NCBI GenBank assembly: GCA_035708725.1
Contig: DASTFH010000151.1
Coordinates: 3,783 to 67,782 of the forward strand
Origin: Gemmatimonadales bacterium
GTDB lineage: Bacteria > Gemmatimonadota > Gemmatimonadetes > Gemmatimonadales > GWC2-71-9
DNA length: 64,000 nt
Direction: 5' to 3'
Positions 27,763 to 35,953 of this stretch are shown here, one piece after another. A program made the translations under genes and the position numbers. Under the pieces are notes generated by a model. That model was not told where the DNA came from, searched no databases, and worked only from the letters and a program-made list of their open reading frames with translations. Every line of letters starts with the position of its first letter. The first letter of the stretch is position 1.

Positions 27763-28025
27763 TACGGGGACAGCTCGACGCCCAGGGAGGCCTAATGCGT
27801 ATTCGATTGCAAACTTGCAGGCTTTCCATATTACGCGGCGCAGTGTAATCCGGAAAGACTGCGAGCCAGCCGGCACGAGGCTCGCTCCTGGCCTTGCCCG
27901 CCTGCCCGCGGCGGCAACCCGGCATGATCACTGGCAGTGATCTTCTCCCTCTATTCCCTCCAACCAGCGATTTCACAACATCATAGCCATGCAGCGTGCG
28001 CGACTTAGACTGCGTTGCTTCTGGC

Positions 28026-28144
28026 CAGCGTTCAGCGTTCAGCGTTCAGCGCACAGCGCACAGCGCACAGCGCACAGCGCTCAGCGCTCAGCGCTCAGCC
28101 CTCAGCCCTCAGCCCTCAGCCTTCAGCCCCCAACCCTCACCTCC
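28026..28144. repeat. Graded heptamer array
   Basis: (CAGCGTT)3(CAGCGCA)4(CAGCGCT)3(CAGCCCT)3 CAGCCTT CAGCCCC CAACCCT CACCTCC. The OsmC stop (28123-28125) and its last codons lie in the degenerate end. Confidence 0.9.
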
Positions 28145-28635
28145 ACCAGCACCTCCGGCCCCACCCGCAACGTCTGCAGCACCACGCAATACCGCTCCGT
28201 CAGCTTGAGCAGGGTCGCCAGCTGCTCCTCACTCGCGCCGGTCTCCAGCTCGAACCGGAGCCGGATGGCACCGAACCCCACCTTCGCCTCCTTGCTCACC
28301 CCCAGCGTTCCCCGAAAATCCAGGTCACCCTCGGCGCTGACTCGGCCCGACGTCACCGGAATGTCGAGCGCCGTCGCCACTGCCCGGAGCGTCACCCCCG
28401 CGCACGCCACCAGCGCCTGGAGCAGGAGATCACCGGAACACGCCTGCATCCCCGTGCCGCCCGTGGCCGGATGCAGCCCCGCCTCCACCAGCGCCTGCCC
28501 GGTCTCCACTCGGCACGAGATGCCGGGAGCATCCACGTGCGCTTCAGCCCGTAGCGTGACGACGGCCCGGTCCGGATCGGTGCGGTAGAGGTCCTTCAGA
28601 GGAGCCTGAATGGCTCGAAGATCGTCTGGGCGCAT
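28123..28635 (-). CDS. OsmC/Ohr family peroxiredoxin-like protein
   Basis: 170 aa from the ATG at 28635 (verified). Contains GMQACSGDLLLQALVACAGVT with the two family cysteines. The upstream ORF extension only translates the repeat array. Confidence 0.75.
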   Translation of the reverse strand: MRPDDLRAIQAPLKDLYRTDPDRAVVTLRAEAHVDAPGISCRVETGQALVEAGLHPATGGTGMQACSGDLLLQALVACAGVTLRAVATALDIPVTSGRVSAEGDLDFRGTLGVSKEAKVGFGAIRLRFELETGASEEQLATLLKLTERYCVVLQTLRVGPEVLVEVRVGG

Positions 28636-28646
28636 GGGGCTTCCGG

Positions 28647-28716
28647 GAGCTGTGAACTGCGAGCTGTGAGCTGTGAGCTGCGAGCTGTGAGCTGTGAGCT
28701 GAAGACCGAAAGCTAA
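28647..28716. repeat. Heptamer array (GAGCTGT family)
   Basis: GAGCTGT GAACTGC (GAGCTGT)2 GAGCTGC (GAGCTGT)2 GAGCTGA AGACCGA AAGCTAA. Its reverse complement ACAGCTC is 6/7 identical to the ACAGCGC register of the 28026 array. Confidence 0.85.
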
Positions 28717-28789
28717 GCGAATGAGTTCAGCAAGGGATAAGGCCCGAGGGTGTACCAGCGCCGGCCGAGAGTTCACTTTCGGGCTGCAA

Positions 28790-28821
28790 GGTTGCTTCGC
28801 GCCTTCGGCGCTCGCAATGAC
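28790..28821 (+). repeat. Right half of a type C core
   Basis: GGTTGCTTCGCGCCTTCGGCGCTCGCAATGAC aligns with 13334-13365 and 59144-59180. No left half (GTCATTGCGAG) is present. Confidence 0.7.
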
Positions 28822-28840
28822 AGCTTGGAGCTAGCTTCGC

Positions 28841-28920
28841 CTAACCGCCTAACCGCCTAACCGCCTAACCGCCTAACCGCCTAACCGCCTAACCGCCTAA
28901 CCGCCTAACCGCCTAACCGC
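28841..28920. repeat. Perfect octamer array (CTAACCGC)10
   Basis: Ten identical units counted; it ends 20 nt before the ClC start codon. Confidence 0.95.
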
Positions 28921-28940
28921 CCAGCCGACTATCTTCCCCC

Positions 28941-30734
28941 ATGGCCAGTTCCGACCCGAAATCCGAACCGACCCCACTCGCTGCCGCCACCGCACCACTC
29001 TTCAACGCCGCTCGACTCCTCTCCTCCAACCTCGCCGCCCTGCGTCACGACGAGCAGACGATGCTCGTGGTGCTGGCCGGCATCATCGGGACGCTGGTGG
29101 GATTCGCGGTCAGTGTCTTCTACCGGCTGATCGATCTGGTGCAGGATGTGGTCCTCCGCTCGGCGCTCCGCATCCCGGTCTCGGACCTGGTGCTGATCCC
29201 GCTCTTCGTGGCGCTCGGGCTTGCCATCTGTCGCTGGCTCGGCATCTACGGTGCCCGGGGATCCAACGGCGAGAATATTCCCGACGTGATGTATCGCGTG
29301 GGCGTGAAGGGCGGGGTGATTCCGCTGATGCCGGTGCTGGCCAAGACCGCGGCCGCTGCCGTGGTGATCGGGACGGGCGGATCGGTAGGCGCGGAGGGGC
29401 CGGTCGTTGTGCTCGGGGCCGGAACGGCCTCGAAGCTGGGGCGCTGGATGCGCGCCTCCCCCAGCCGGCTCCGCACCCTGGCCGGTTGTGGCGCTGCCGC
29501 CGGGCTGTCGGCGGCGTTCAACGCGCCGATCGCCGGTGTCATCTTCGGCATTGAAAAAATCACCGGCACCGCTGGCGGCATGGCACTCGCGCCGTACGTG
29601 GTCGGCAGCATCCTCGCCGCCACGGTGAGCCGAGGCATATTCGGCAACCGTCCCGTGCTGACGATGCCCAGCAACTTCGGCGTGCACAGTCCGTGGGAGA
29701 TGATCCTGTACGCACTGCTGGGCGTGGTGTGCGGGATCGTGGCAGTGCTCTACTCGCGCGGGGTGTGGAAGACGCAGGACCGCTTTGCCCTGATCCGGTC
29801 GCCATGGACGCGCCTGGCGCTTGGCGCCCTCATCATCGGGGGCCTGGACCTTCTGTTCCGCCAGGATCTCTGGGGCCACGGTCACCAGAGCCTCAACCTC
29901 GGAATCGTCGTGGTGCGTTCCGGACTCTTCCTGCTCGGCCTCACCGCCGCCAAGCTGATCGCGACCGCCGTGACGTTCGGCGCCGGCGGCACCGGCGGCG
30001 TGTTTACGCCCGCGCTCTATATCGGTGCCACTCTCGGTGGCGCCTGCGGCGTCGCCGCGACGCATGTGTTCCATTCTTCACCAGCGCTGCCCGGCGCGAT
30101 GGCGCTGGTGGGCATGGCGGGATTGGTGGCTGGCGCCACGCATGCCCCGCTCACGGCCATCTTCATGGTCTTCGAGATGACCGGCGACTACGGGCTCATC
30201 CTCCCACTCATGCTCACCAGCGTGCTGGCGTACATGGTAAGCCGGCGGCTCCATCCCGAATCCATCTACACCGAGTGGCTGGTGCGCCGCGGCGTGGTGC
30301 TCTCGCAGGGCGCCGATGCGGTGCTGCTCGCCCGCGCCACCGTGGCCGACTGCTATCATCGCGAGCCGATCACGGTGCCCGCGTGGGCCGATGTGCCCGC
30401 GATTCTCGAGATCACGCGCGGCAGCCGCCAGACGGAATTTCCAGTAGTGAGCGTGCACGGACGGCTGGTGGGAATGCTGTCGCGCGAGACGCTGCGCGAG
30501 CTGGGCGGGGAGATCCCGCCCGGTGCGGTGCTGGCGACGGACCTCGCGCGGTTGTCGGTGAAGCCGGTTACGCCCGAGGATTCGCTGCTCACCGCCATGC
30601 GGCGGCTCGGCGCCGTGGACGTGGACTACCTGCCCGTGGTCTCCGTGCGCGACCGCGGGCGCCTGGTCGGCGTCGTGGGCCGTCACGATCTCACAGCGGC
30701 GTACGACAGGATGATGGCTGAGGAAGCGCATTGA
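28941..30734 (+). CDS. ClC-family chloride channel/antiporter with C-terminal CBS pair
   Basis: GENIPDV, GGSVGAEGP and GVFTP selectivity motifs, 10+ TM helices, then two CBS-like repeats at the C-terminus. Confidence 0.85.
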   Translation: MASSDPKSEPTPLAAATAPLFNAARLLSSNLAALRHDEQTMLVVLAGIIGTLVGFAVSVFYRLIDLVQDVVLRSALRIPVSDLVLIPLFVALGLAICRWLGIYGARGSNGENIPDVMYRVGVKGGVIPLMPVLAKTAAAAVVIGTGGSVGAEGPVVVLGAGTASKLGRWMRASPSRLRTLAGCGAAAGLSAAFNAPIAGVIFGIEKITGTAGGMALAPYVVGSILAATVSRGIFGNRPVLTMPSNFGVHSPWEMILYALLGVVCGIVAVLYSRGVWKTQDRFALIRSPWTRLALGALIIGGLDLLFRQDLWGHGHQSLNLGIVVVRSGLFLLGLTAAKLIATAVTFGAGGTGGVFTPALYIGATLGGACGVAATHVFHSSPALPGAMALVGMAGLVAGATHAPLTAIFMVFEMTGDYGLILPLMLTSVLAYMVSRRLHPESIYTEWLVRRGVVLSQGADAVLLARATVADCYHREPITVPAWADVPAILEITRGSRQTEFPVVSVHGRLVGMLSRETLRELGGEIPPGAVLATDLARLSVKPVTPEDSLLTAMRRLGAVDVDYLPVVSVRDRGRLVGVVGRHDLTAAYDRMMAEEAH

Positions 30735-31010
30735 CAGGGCGAGCAGGGCGAGCAGGGCGAGTCGGTTGGTTGTACGCCGCACGTCGTACGTCGTCATGTC
30801 ACTCTGAGGTCGCGAAGCGACCGAAGAGGCCGAAGCTCAACTGACGCTCCGGCCCCTTCGCTCCGCTCAGGGTGACAACTTCGCTCACAGCTCACAGCGC
30901 ACAGCGCACAGCGCACAGCACACAGCGCACAGCACACAGCACACAGCGCACAGCACACAGCGCACAGCTCACAGCTCACTGTCCATCGGTCCAACTGTCC
31001 ATCTGTCCAC
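30735..31010. repeat. Composite element, type A core (30798-30876), with non-complementary arms
   Basis: Left arm (CAGGGCGAG)3 plus GTACGTCGT-type units. Core GTCACTCTGAGGTCGCGAAGCGACCGAAGAGGC...CTCAGGGTGAC. Right arm has 13 CACAGCN heptamers (30886-30976), then CTGTCCAT-type octamers (30979-31010). Confidence 0.9.
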
Positions 31011-31920
31011 CTGATTTCCACGCCCGCACATACTGCACGAACTCAGCGGCTTTCTCGCCCAGGTCTACGTCGCTCGCCGAGTCGCCGGCGAGGCCCCGCA
31101 TCCGCTCGAGGCTCACGGCCGCCTTGCCGTAGGTGGAGTCCACCTGCAGGGTACGATCAAACTCATCCCGCGCTGCCGCGTAGTGGCGGCTTCCTTCCAG
31201 GGCGATGCCCAGGTTGTTGTGGAAGACCGGCGCGTTGCCGCGCAGTTCCACGGCCCGTGCCAGCGGCGCGATCGCATCCTCGTAGTTGCCCTGCTCGATG
31301 TAGATGAGCCCCAGATTGTTCATGCTCCACTCATCCTGCTCATCATGCACCAGCACATTCCGGTAGGCATCGATGGCGCCGGCGGTGTCGCCGGTGTTGT
31401 AGAGGGCGCGGGCGTAGAGGCGGAGACCATCCACGTCACTGGAATCGATGCTGAGTGCGCGCTCCACACGCTCACGGGCGAGGTCTGCCTTGCCGAGGTC
31501 GAAATAGACCCGCGCCGAATTGAGCAGTGACTTGACGTGCGTCGAGTCAATTGCAAGCGCACGGTCAAACGCGTCGGCGGCCCCATCGAGGTCGCCGGCC
31601 TTCCAGGCGGAGAGTCCCACCATGTAGTGGCCGAACACATTGTCCGGCTTCCGCTCGGCGTACGCCGAAAAGATGGTTTCGGCGTCGCCATAGTGGCCGG
31701 CGCGGAAGGCGGCCTCGCCATCTTCATAGCTGGCGCTCATCGCGCGAGCCACCACGTCGGGCGCGGCTGCGGTCGATGGCATCTCGGGAGTGCTGGCGCT
31801 CACCGACGTGACAGTGGTCGGCTTGACGTCGGTGGGCTTGGCCTCGTCGCCACAGGCAACGATGCTGAGCGAAAACAGGGCCGCGAGCGCGGCGAGCGAG
31901 TACTGATGGCGGGCTGACAT
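30976..31920 (-). CDS. TPR-repeat lipoprotein
   Basis: ATG at 31920 gives MSARHQYSLAALAALFSLSIVACGDE (lipobox), followed by 6-7 TPR units. The last 11 codons are read from the octamer array. Confidence 0.7.
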   Translation of the reverse strand: MSARHQYSLAALAALFSLSIVACGDEAKPTDVKPTTVTSVSASTPEMPSTAAAPDVVARAMSASYEDGEAAFRAGHYGDAETIFSAYAERKPDNVFGHYMVGLSAWKAGDLDGAADAFDRALAIDSTHVKSLLNSARVYFDLGKADLARERVERALSIDSSDVDGLRLYARALYNTGDTAGAIDAYRNVLVHDEQDEWSMNNLGLIYIEQGNYEDAIAPLARAVELRGNAPVFHNNLGIALEGSRHYAAARDEFDRTLQVDSTYGKAAVSLERMRGLAGDSASDVDLGEKAAEFVQYVRAWKSGGQMDSWTDGQ

Positions 31921-31980
31921 GAACTCCTCCTCCGGTGAGCGCCGAAGCGCTGATGGGTGACGACGGACACCCATGGAGAA

Positions 31981-31996
31981 GGCAAGCGGCCGGCCA
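31981..31996 (-). promoter_or_regulatory. Candidate sigma-54 promoter upstream of the TPR lipoprotein gene
   Basis: Minus strand reads TGGCCGGCCGCTTGCC, with GG and GC at the canonical -24/-12 spacing (consensus TGGCACG-n4-TTGCW). It is 61 nt upstream of the ATG at 31920, next to an NtrC-type activator gene. Confidence 0.3.
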
Positions 31997-32162
31997 TGGC
32001 GCGCGCGGTTCGGAGCGAGGACGTAAAGCGTTGTAAAGAGCGCGCTTGGACATGGGGCGCGGGACGCGGGACGCGATGTTCGTGTTCAGCCGGACACGAG
32101 GGGCAGGGAGGCGATGTGGACGGGCGGACACGACGCGTGCCGGACGCCGGGCGTCGAGCCAT

Positions 32163-32194
32163 CCATCTACCCGTCTAACCGTCTGACCGTCGAA
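32163..32194. repeat. Octamer array CCATCTAC CCGTCTAA CCGTCTGA CCGTCGAA
   Basis: Read directly. It contains the stop and last codons (RRSDG) of the NtrC-type regulator. Confidence 0.6.
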
Positions 32195-33527
32195 TCTCCA
32201 GTCTCCGCATGATCTTCAAGAGACTCGCATGATCCGCCAGCCCCAGCGCTTCGGCGGTGCGGGTGATCTGCCATTCATGCTCTTCCAGCGCGGAGAGGAT
32301 AATGCGACGCTCGGCTTCAGTCTTCCGATCCTGGAAGGAGGTGCCGGGTGGCCTCGTGGCGCCTGGCGAGCGGATCTCCTCCGGCACATGCTCGGCCCGG
32401 AGCGCTTCGCCGTCCGCCGCAATCACCATCCGTTCGAGCACATTCCGGAGCTCCCGGACATTATTGCGTTTCCAGTCGTGCGCCATGAGCACCTCCAGCG
32501 CCTCGCCCGAAAGCCGCTTCCGGAGCACGCCGAAGCGCTCGCAGATGTCGGCCAGGAAGCGATCCGCGATCGCTCCGATGTCTGACGCGCGATCCCTGAG
32601 CGGCGGCACCTGGATGACGTGCGCGTTGAGCCGGTAGAGCAGGTCCTCGCGGAAGCGGCCCTCGCGGACTTCAGCATCGAGGTCACGATTCGTCGCGGCC
32701 ACCACCCGCGCATGCACGTCCACCGGCCTGGTGCTGCCCACCCGGACGACACGGTGGTCCTCGAGCACGCGCAGGAGCTTGGCCTGCGCGGCCAGCGGCA
32801 GTTCACCCACCTCATCGAGAAAGAGCGTTCCCTGTTCCGCGGCTTCGAAGGCGCCTCGCCTCGTGGCGATGGCGCCGGTGAACGCGCCCCGCTCGTGACC
32901 GAACAGCTCGCTCTCCACCAGCTGCTCCGGCAGCGCGGCGCAATTGATCGCGACAAACGGCGCCGACGGGTGAGCGCCCAACCGGTGAAGGTCACGTGCA
33001 ACGAGCTCCTTGCCCGTTCCACTCTCGCCCAGGATGAGCACGGTGCTCGGGATCGGCGCCAGCTGGCGAACAGCCGCCTTGAGCTGCTGTATCGGCTGGC
33101 TGCTGCCCACCAGCGACGACTCACCCACGCGTTCCTGCAGCCGCATTACTTCCAGGCGCAGTCGCCGTCGCTCCAGCGTAGTCTCGATTTCGTGCACCAC
33201 CCGCTCCATCGGCTCGGCCTTGTCGATGAAGCCATAGGCGCCGAGGCGCAGGGCCTGGATGCAACGGTCGAAGTTGCCCGTGCCGGTGTAGACGATCACC
33301 GGAACCTCGATGCCGCGGTGCTGCAGCGCCTGCAGGACCTGGAATCCATCCATGCCCGGCATCTCGAGGTCGAGCAGGACGCAATCAATGTCATTCTGCG
33401 CCAGCCGTGCGAGCGCAGCGTCACCGCCATCGGCAATGGCAGCCTCGAAGTCGGCCAGCCGCTTGAGGTCGTAGGCATACTGCTCGGCCAGTGGCCGCAC
33501 GTCATCCACGATGAGAACGCGGGTCAC
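32175..33527 (-). CDS. Sigma-54-dependent response regulator (NtrC family)
   Basis: Receiver (VLIVDD, LLDLEMPGMDG), AAA+ domain (GESGTGKELVARDLH, GAFTGA), C-terminal Fis-type HTH. Confidence 0.9.
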   Translation of the reverse strand: MTRVLIVDDVRPLAEQYAYDLKRLADFEAAIADGGDAALARLAQNDIDCVLLDLEMPGMDGFQVLQALQHRGIEVPVIVYTGTGNFDRCIQALRLGAYGFIDKAEPMERVVHEIETTLERRRLRLEVMRLQERVGESSLVGSSQPIQQLKAAVRQLAPIPSTVLILGESGTGKELVARDLHRLGAHPSAPFVAINCAALPEQLVESELFGHERGAFTGAIATRRGAFEAAEQGTLFLDEVGELPLAAQAKLLRVLEDHRVVRVGSTRPVDVHARVVAATNRDLDAEVREGRFREDLLYRLNAHVIQVPPLRDRASDIGAIADRFLADICERFGVLRKRLSGEALEVLMAHDWKRNNVRELRNVLERMVIAADGEALRAEHVPEEIRSPGATRPPGTSFQDRKTEAERRIILSALEEHEWQITRTAEALGLADHASLLKIMRRLEIRRSDG

Positions 33528-35164
33528 GGGTGCGAATCTCGTGTCAGGGAGCGCGGCAGGGACACCTCGAACCGGGAGCCCGCTCCCGGGCTGCTCGACG
33601 CGCGCAAGCTGCCGTTCAGTTCCATCACCAGCCGGCGCACGCTCGAGAGCCCCAGGCCGGTGCCCGACTCCTTGGTCGTATGGAAATCGCGGAAGGCTCC
33701 ATCGAGCTCGGCGGCAGACATGCCGCGGCCAGTGTCCGTGATGGAGATCGTCACCGTCTCAGGGCCATGCTCGATGCCGGCGGTCACCGAGCCTGTGTGA
33801 TCAGGCAGGCTCTCGATGGCGTTGGAGAGGAGGTTGTGCAGGATGCGCCGCAGGGTGGCGGCATCAGCGGCAACTGCCACACCGGCGGCGTCCCCGCCAA
33901 TCTCCACGCTGATCCTTGCGTCGTCGATGTCGCGTACCACCTCGCGCAGGGCGCCGGCCACACGCGCATGCCCGCCCGAAGTCCTGGGCGAGAGCTGGGC
34001 GTAGTTGCGCGCCATTTCTTCCAGGTGTGCGACGCTCGCCGTGAGCGTGGATTCGCGCTCCCGATAGACTTCCTGCAGCGCTGCTGCGTCCTCGCCTCCG
34101 GCCAGCTCTGACAGGTGTCGCAGGACGTTCCGGATCGGCGCCAGCCCGTTCTTGATGTCGTGATTCACCTGACGAGCGAGATCACCGGTCGCCGCGCGGC
34201 GCTCAGCGTCGCGGAGCTGTGCCACGCTGCGACCCAGCCGATGCTGCATGGCGCCCAGCGCGGTGCTGAGCCGCCCGATCTCGTCGCCTCGGCCGCTCGC
34301 AAAATCCTCATCGAGGTGGTCGATATCCACCCGCTCCGCGCGCTCCGTCAGGTTCCGAAGTGGCCGGCTCATCCGCGCGCCGAGCAGGAGCGCAAGGGCG
34401 GCAGCGATGATGCCGCTCAGCGCGAGGGCAGTCGCAAGACGCTGCGAAATGCCGTTGCGCAGCGCCGCGACGTTGCTCGAGCGCCTCCAGAGAACAATGT
34501 CCGCGACACCGCCGCCCACACCGGCAAGCGGAAGTGCAAGGTTGGCGATCTCGGTGCGCGCTGGCGCCGAGTCACCTGGCAGGCGCAAGGCCACACTGAT
34601 GCTCGTGTCCGCCGACAGCGACCCGAGCCAGGCAGAATCCAGCATGATGCCGCCGGAGAGCAGCAGCATCTGGCCAGCGACTGTCACCTGGGCCGTGCGC
34701 CCCAGCGCGGGCGCGGTCCCCCGTGGCGTCCGGACGAGCCAGACCTGGGCGCTGTCACGCTGCGGCAGCCGCGGTTCCTGCCGCCCATAAAGATTCCGGA
34801 ACTGGCTGCTGCTCAGCACCGTTCCGGCCGAATCCTGCACCATCAATGCATCGAGTCCCGCCGTGCTCGCGGCGCCGGCCCCGTAGTCGATGAGCCAGCG
34901 CCGAGCCGAGGCGTCGCCCGCGAGCGCGCGCACGGTGCGGGGGTCCTGCGCCAGGTCACGCGCAATCACCTGGAGTCGGCTCTCAATCGCCGCGCTTTCG
35001 TCCGAGAGCGACTTGTGGACATGGGCCACGGCCTGGCGGTTCGCGGCCTCTTCCCCGCGCTCGAGCCGGACCGAGAGCTCGCGCCGCACGCCGAGCGCGA
35101 AGACGAGCAGCGGCACCAGCGCGGCGACGAGCAGGGACAGGATCAGTCGCCCGCGAAACGTCAT
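33524..35164 (-). CDS. Sensor histidine kinase (periplasmic domain-HAMP-HisKA-HATPase)
   Basis: Two TM helices, H-box QVNHDIKNGLAPI, N-box LLSNAIES, G-boxes DTGRGMS and GTGLGL. 4-nt overlaps on both sides. Confidence 0.85.
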   Translation of the reverse strand: MTFRGRLILSLLVAALVPLLVFALGVRRELSVRLERGEEAANRQAVAHVHKSLSDESAAIESRLQVIARDLAQDPRTVRALAGDASARRWLIDYGAGAASTAGLDALMVQDSAGTVLSSSQFRNLYGRQEPRLPQRDSAQVWLVRTPRGTAPALGRTAQVTVAGQMLLLSGGIMLDSAWLGSLSADTSISVALRLPGDSAPARTEIANLALPLAGVGGGVADIVLWRRSSNVAALRNGISQRLATALALSGIIAAALALLLGARMSRPLRNLTERAERVDIDHLDEDFASGRGDEIGRLSTALGAMQHRLGRSVAQLRDAERRAATGDLARQVNHDIKNGLAPIRNVLRHLSELAGGEDAAALQEVYRERESTLTASVAHLEEMARNYAQLSPRTSGGHARVAGALREVVRDIDDARISVEIGGDAAGVAVAADAATLRRILHNLLSNAIESLPDHTGSVTAGIEHGPETVTISITDTGRGMSAAELDGAFRDFHTTKESGTGLGLSSVRRLVMELNGSLRASSSPGAGSRFEVSLPRSLTRDSHP

Positions 35165-35916
35165 GGCGCGAGCCGGGTGATCAGGGTCGCACGCGTCTCG
35201 AGGAGCGCGGTCATTCGGGCGCCACAGAAAATCGTCGGCGCGCTGTCCCCGGTCACGAGCGGCACGGCCAGCACCACCCCCGCGTCGCGCCCGTCGCTCA
35301 GTGCCCAGCCAAATTCACGCTGCTCCAGGCCAATGGCTGTCATGCCCGCGAGCGCAGCCAACCGTTCGGCGATCTCGCGGGCTACCGTGTCGGAGTTGAG
35401 ATAGGCAATCGCCGGCCGCGTCTCGCGGGCTCGGCCGATCGCGGAGTCGCAGCGCAGCGGGACCGGAGGCGTGGTAATGGACGGCTCCGCGTCTGTGCTC
35501 ACCGCGAATCGTGCGAGGTCATCCCGCACGCCGACGGCGGAGCCGGAGTCGGCGAGAGCGGGGATGGGCACCATGCTGTCCGAGATCAGCGCATAGAGAC
35601 GGCCCCACGGCAGCCGCTCCGCCGTGGCGGTGCCGGCAGGAAATGCCTTGAGGAACGGCCCGTTGGCAACGGCCGGCAACTGCCCTCGCGCCACCAGGAC
35701 CGATGCGTCACGCGTGTCAGCAACCTGCCACTGCACCGCGGAGGCGTGCAGCAGGCGAGCCAGCGAATCGGTGTGGAGCGTGAGCGTATCGCGGGCATCC
35801 GTCACCCAGACAACAACGGTGTCGGCCTGCGATGGAGCCGGCCCTGCCGGCGCGGGCCCCTGGGTGCCGCAGGCGGCGAGGAGGCCCAGCGCCGGCACGA
35901 TGGCGGATGCTCTCAT
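35161..35916 (-). CDS. Hypothetical lipoprotein, first gene of the two-component operon
   Basis: The lipobox LLAACG is present and an ATGA overlap couples it to the kinase gene. No motif was recognised. Confidence 0.45.
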   Translation of the reverse strand: MRASAIVPALGLLAACGTQGPAPAGPAPSQADTVVVWVTDARDTLTLHTDSLARLLHASAVQWQVADTRDASVLVARGQLPAVANGPFLKAFPAGTATAERLPWGRLYALISDSMVPIPALADSGSAVGVRDDLARFAVSTDAEPSITTPPVPLRCDSAIGRARETRPAIAYLNSDTVAREIAERLAALAGMTAIGLEQREFGWALSDGRDAGVVLAVPLVTGDSAPTIFCGARMTALLETRATLITRLAP

Positions 35917-35953
35917 GCCGGAAAACTATCCCGGTCCCGACCGGAATGAACGG

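Noticed and set aside
27926-27942. Palindrome GATCACTG-g-CAGTGATC sharing TGATCACTG with the 43196-43232 palindrome.
   Set aside because: A shared 9-mer is expected by chance at roughly even odds in a window of this size, and there is no further similarity.
27431-27976. N-terminal 180 aa of the 279-aa ORF 27137-27976.
   Set aside because: This part overlaps the brnT gene in another frame and has a non-coding-like Arg/Pro/Trp-rich translation. The BrnA family domain begins at the internal ATG at 27430.
28841-28920. Possible CRISPR arrays (this locus and the other tandem repeat loci).
   Set aside because: The units are only 7-9 nt and directly abut one another with no spacers. No cas genes are in the window.
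28838-28925. Fluoride (crcB-type) riboswitch in front of the ClC gene, prompted by the AACCGCC string.
   Set aside because: The match is only the repeated octamer itself. No pseudoknot-forming partner segments are present, and the ClC has a GAEGP/CBS-type signature rather than a fluoride-specific one.
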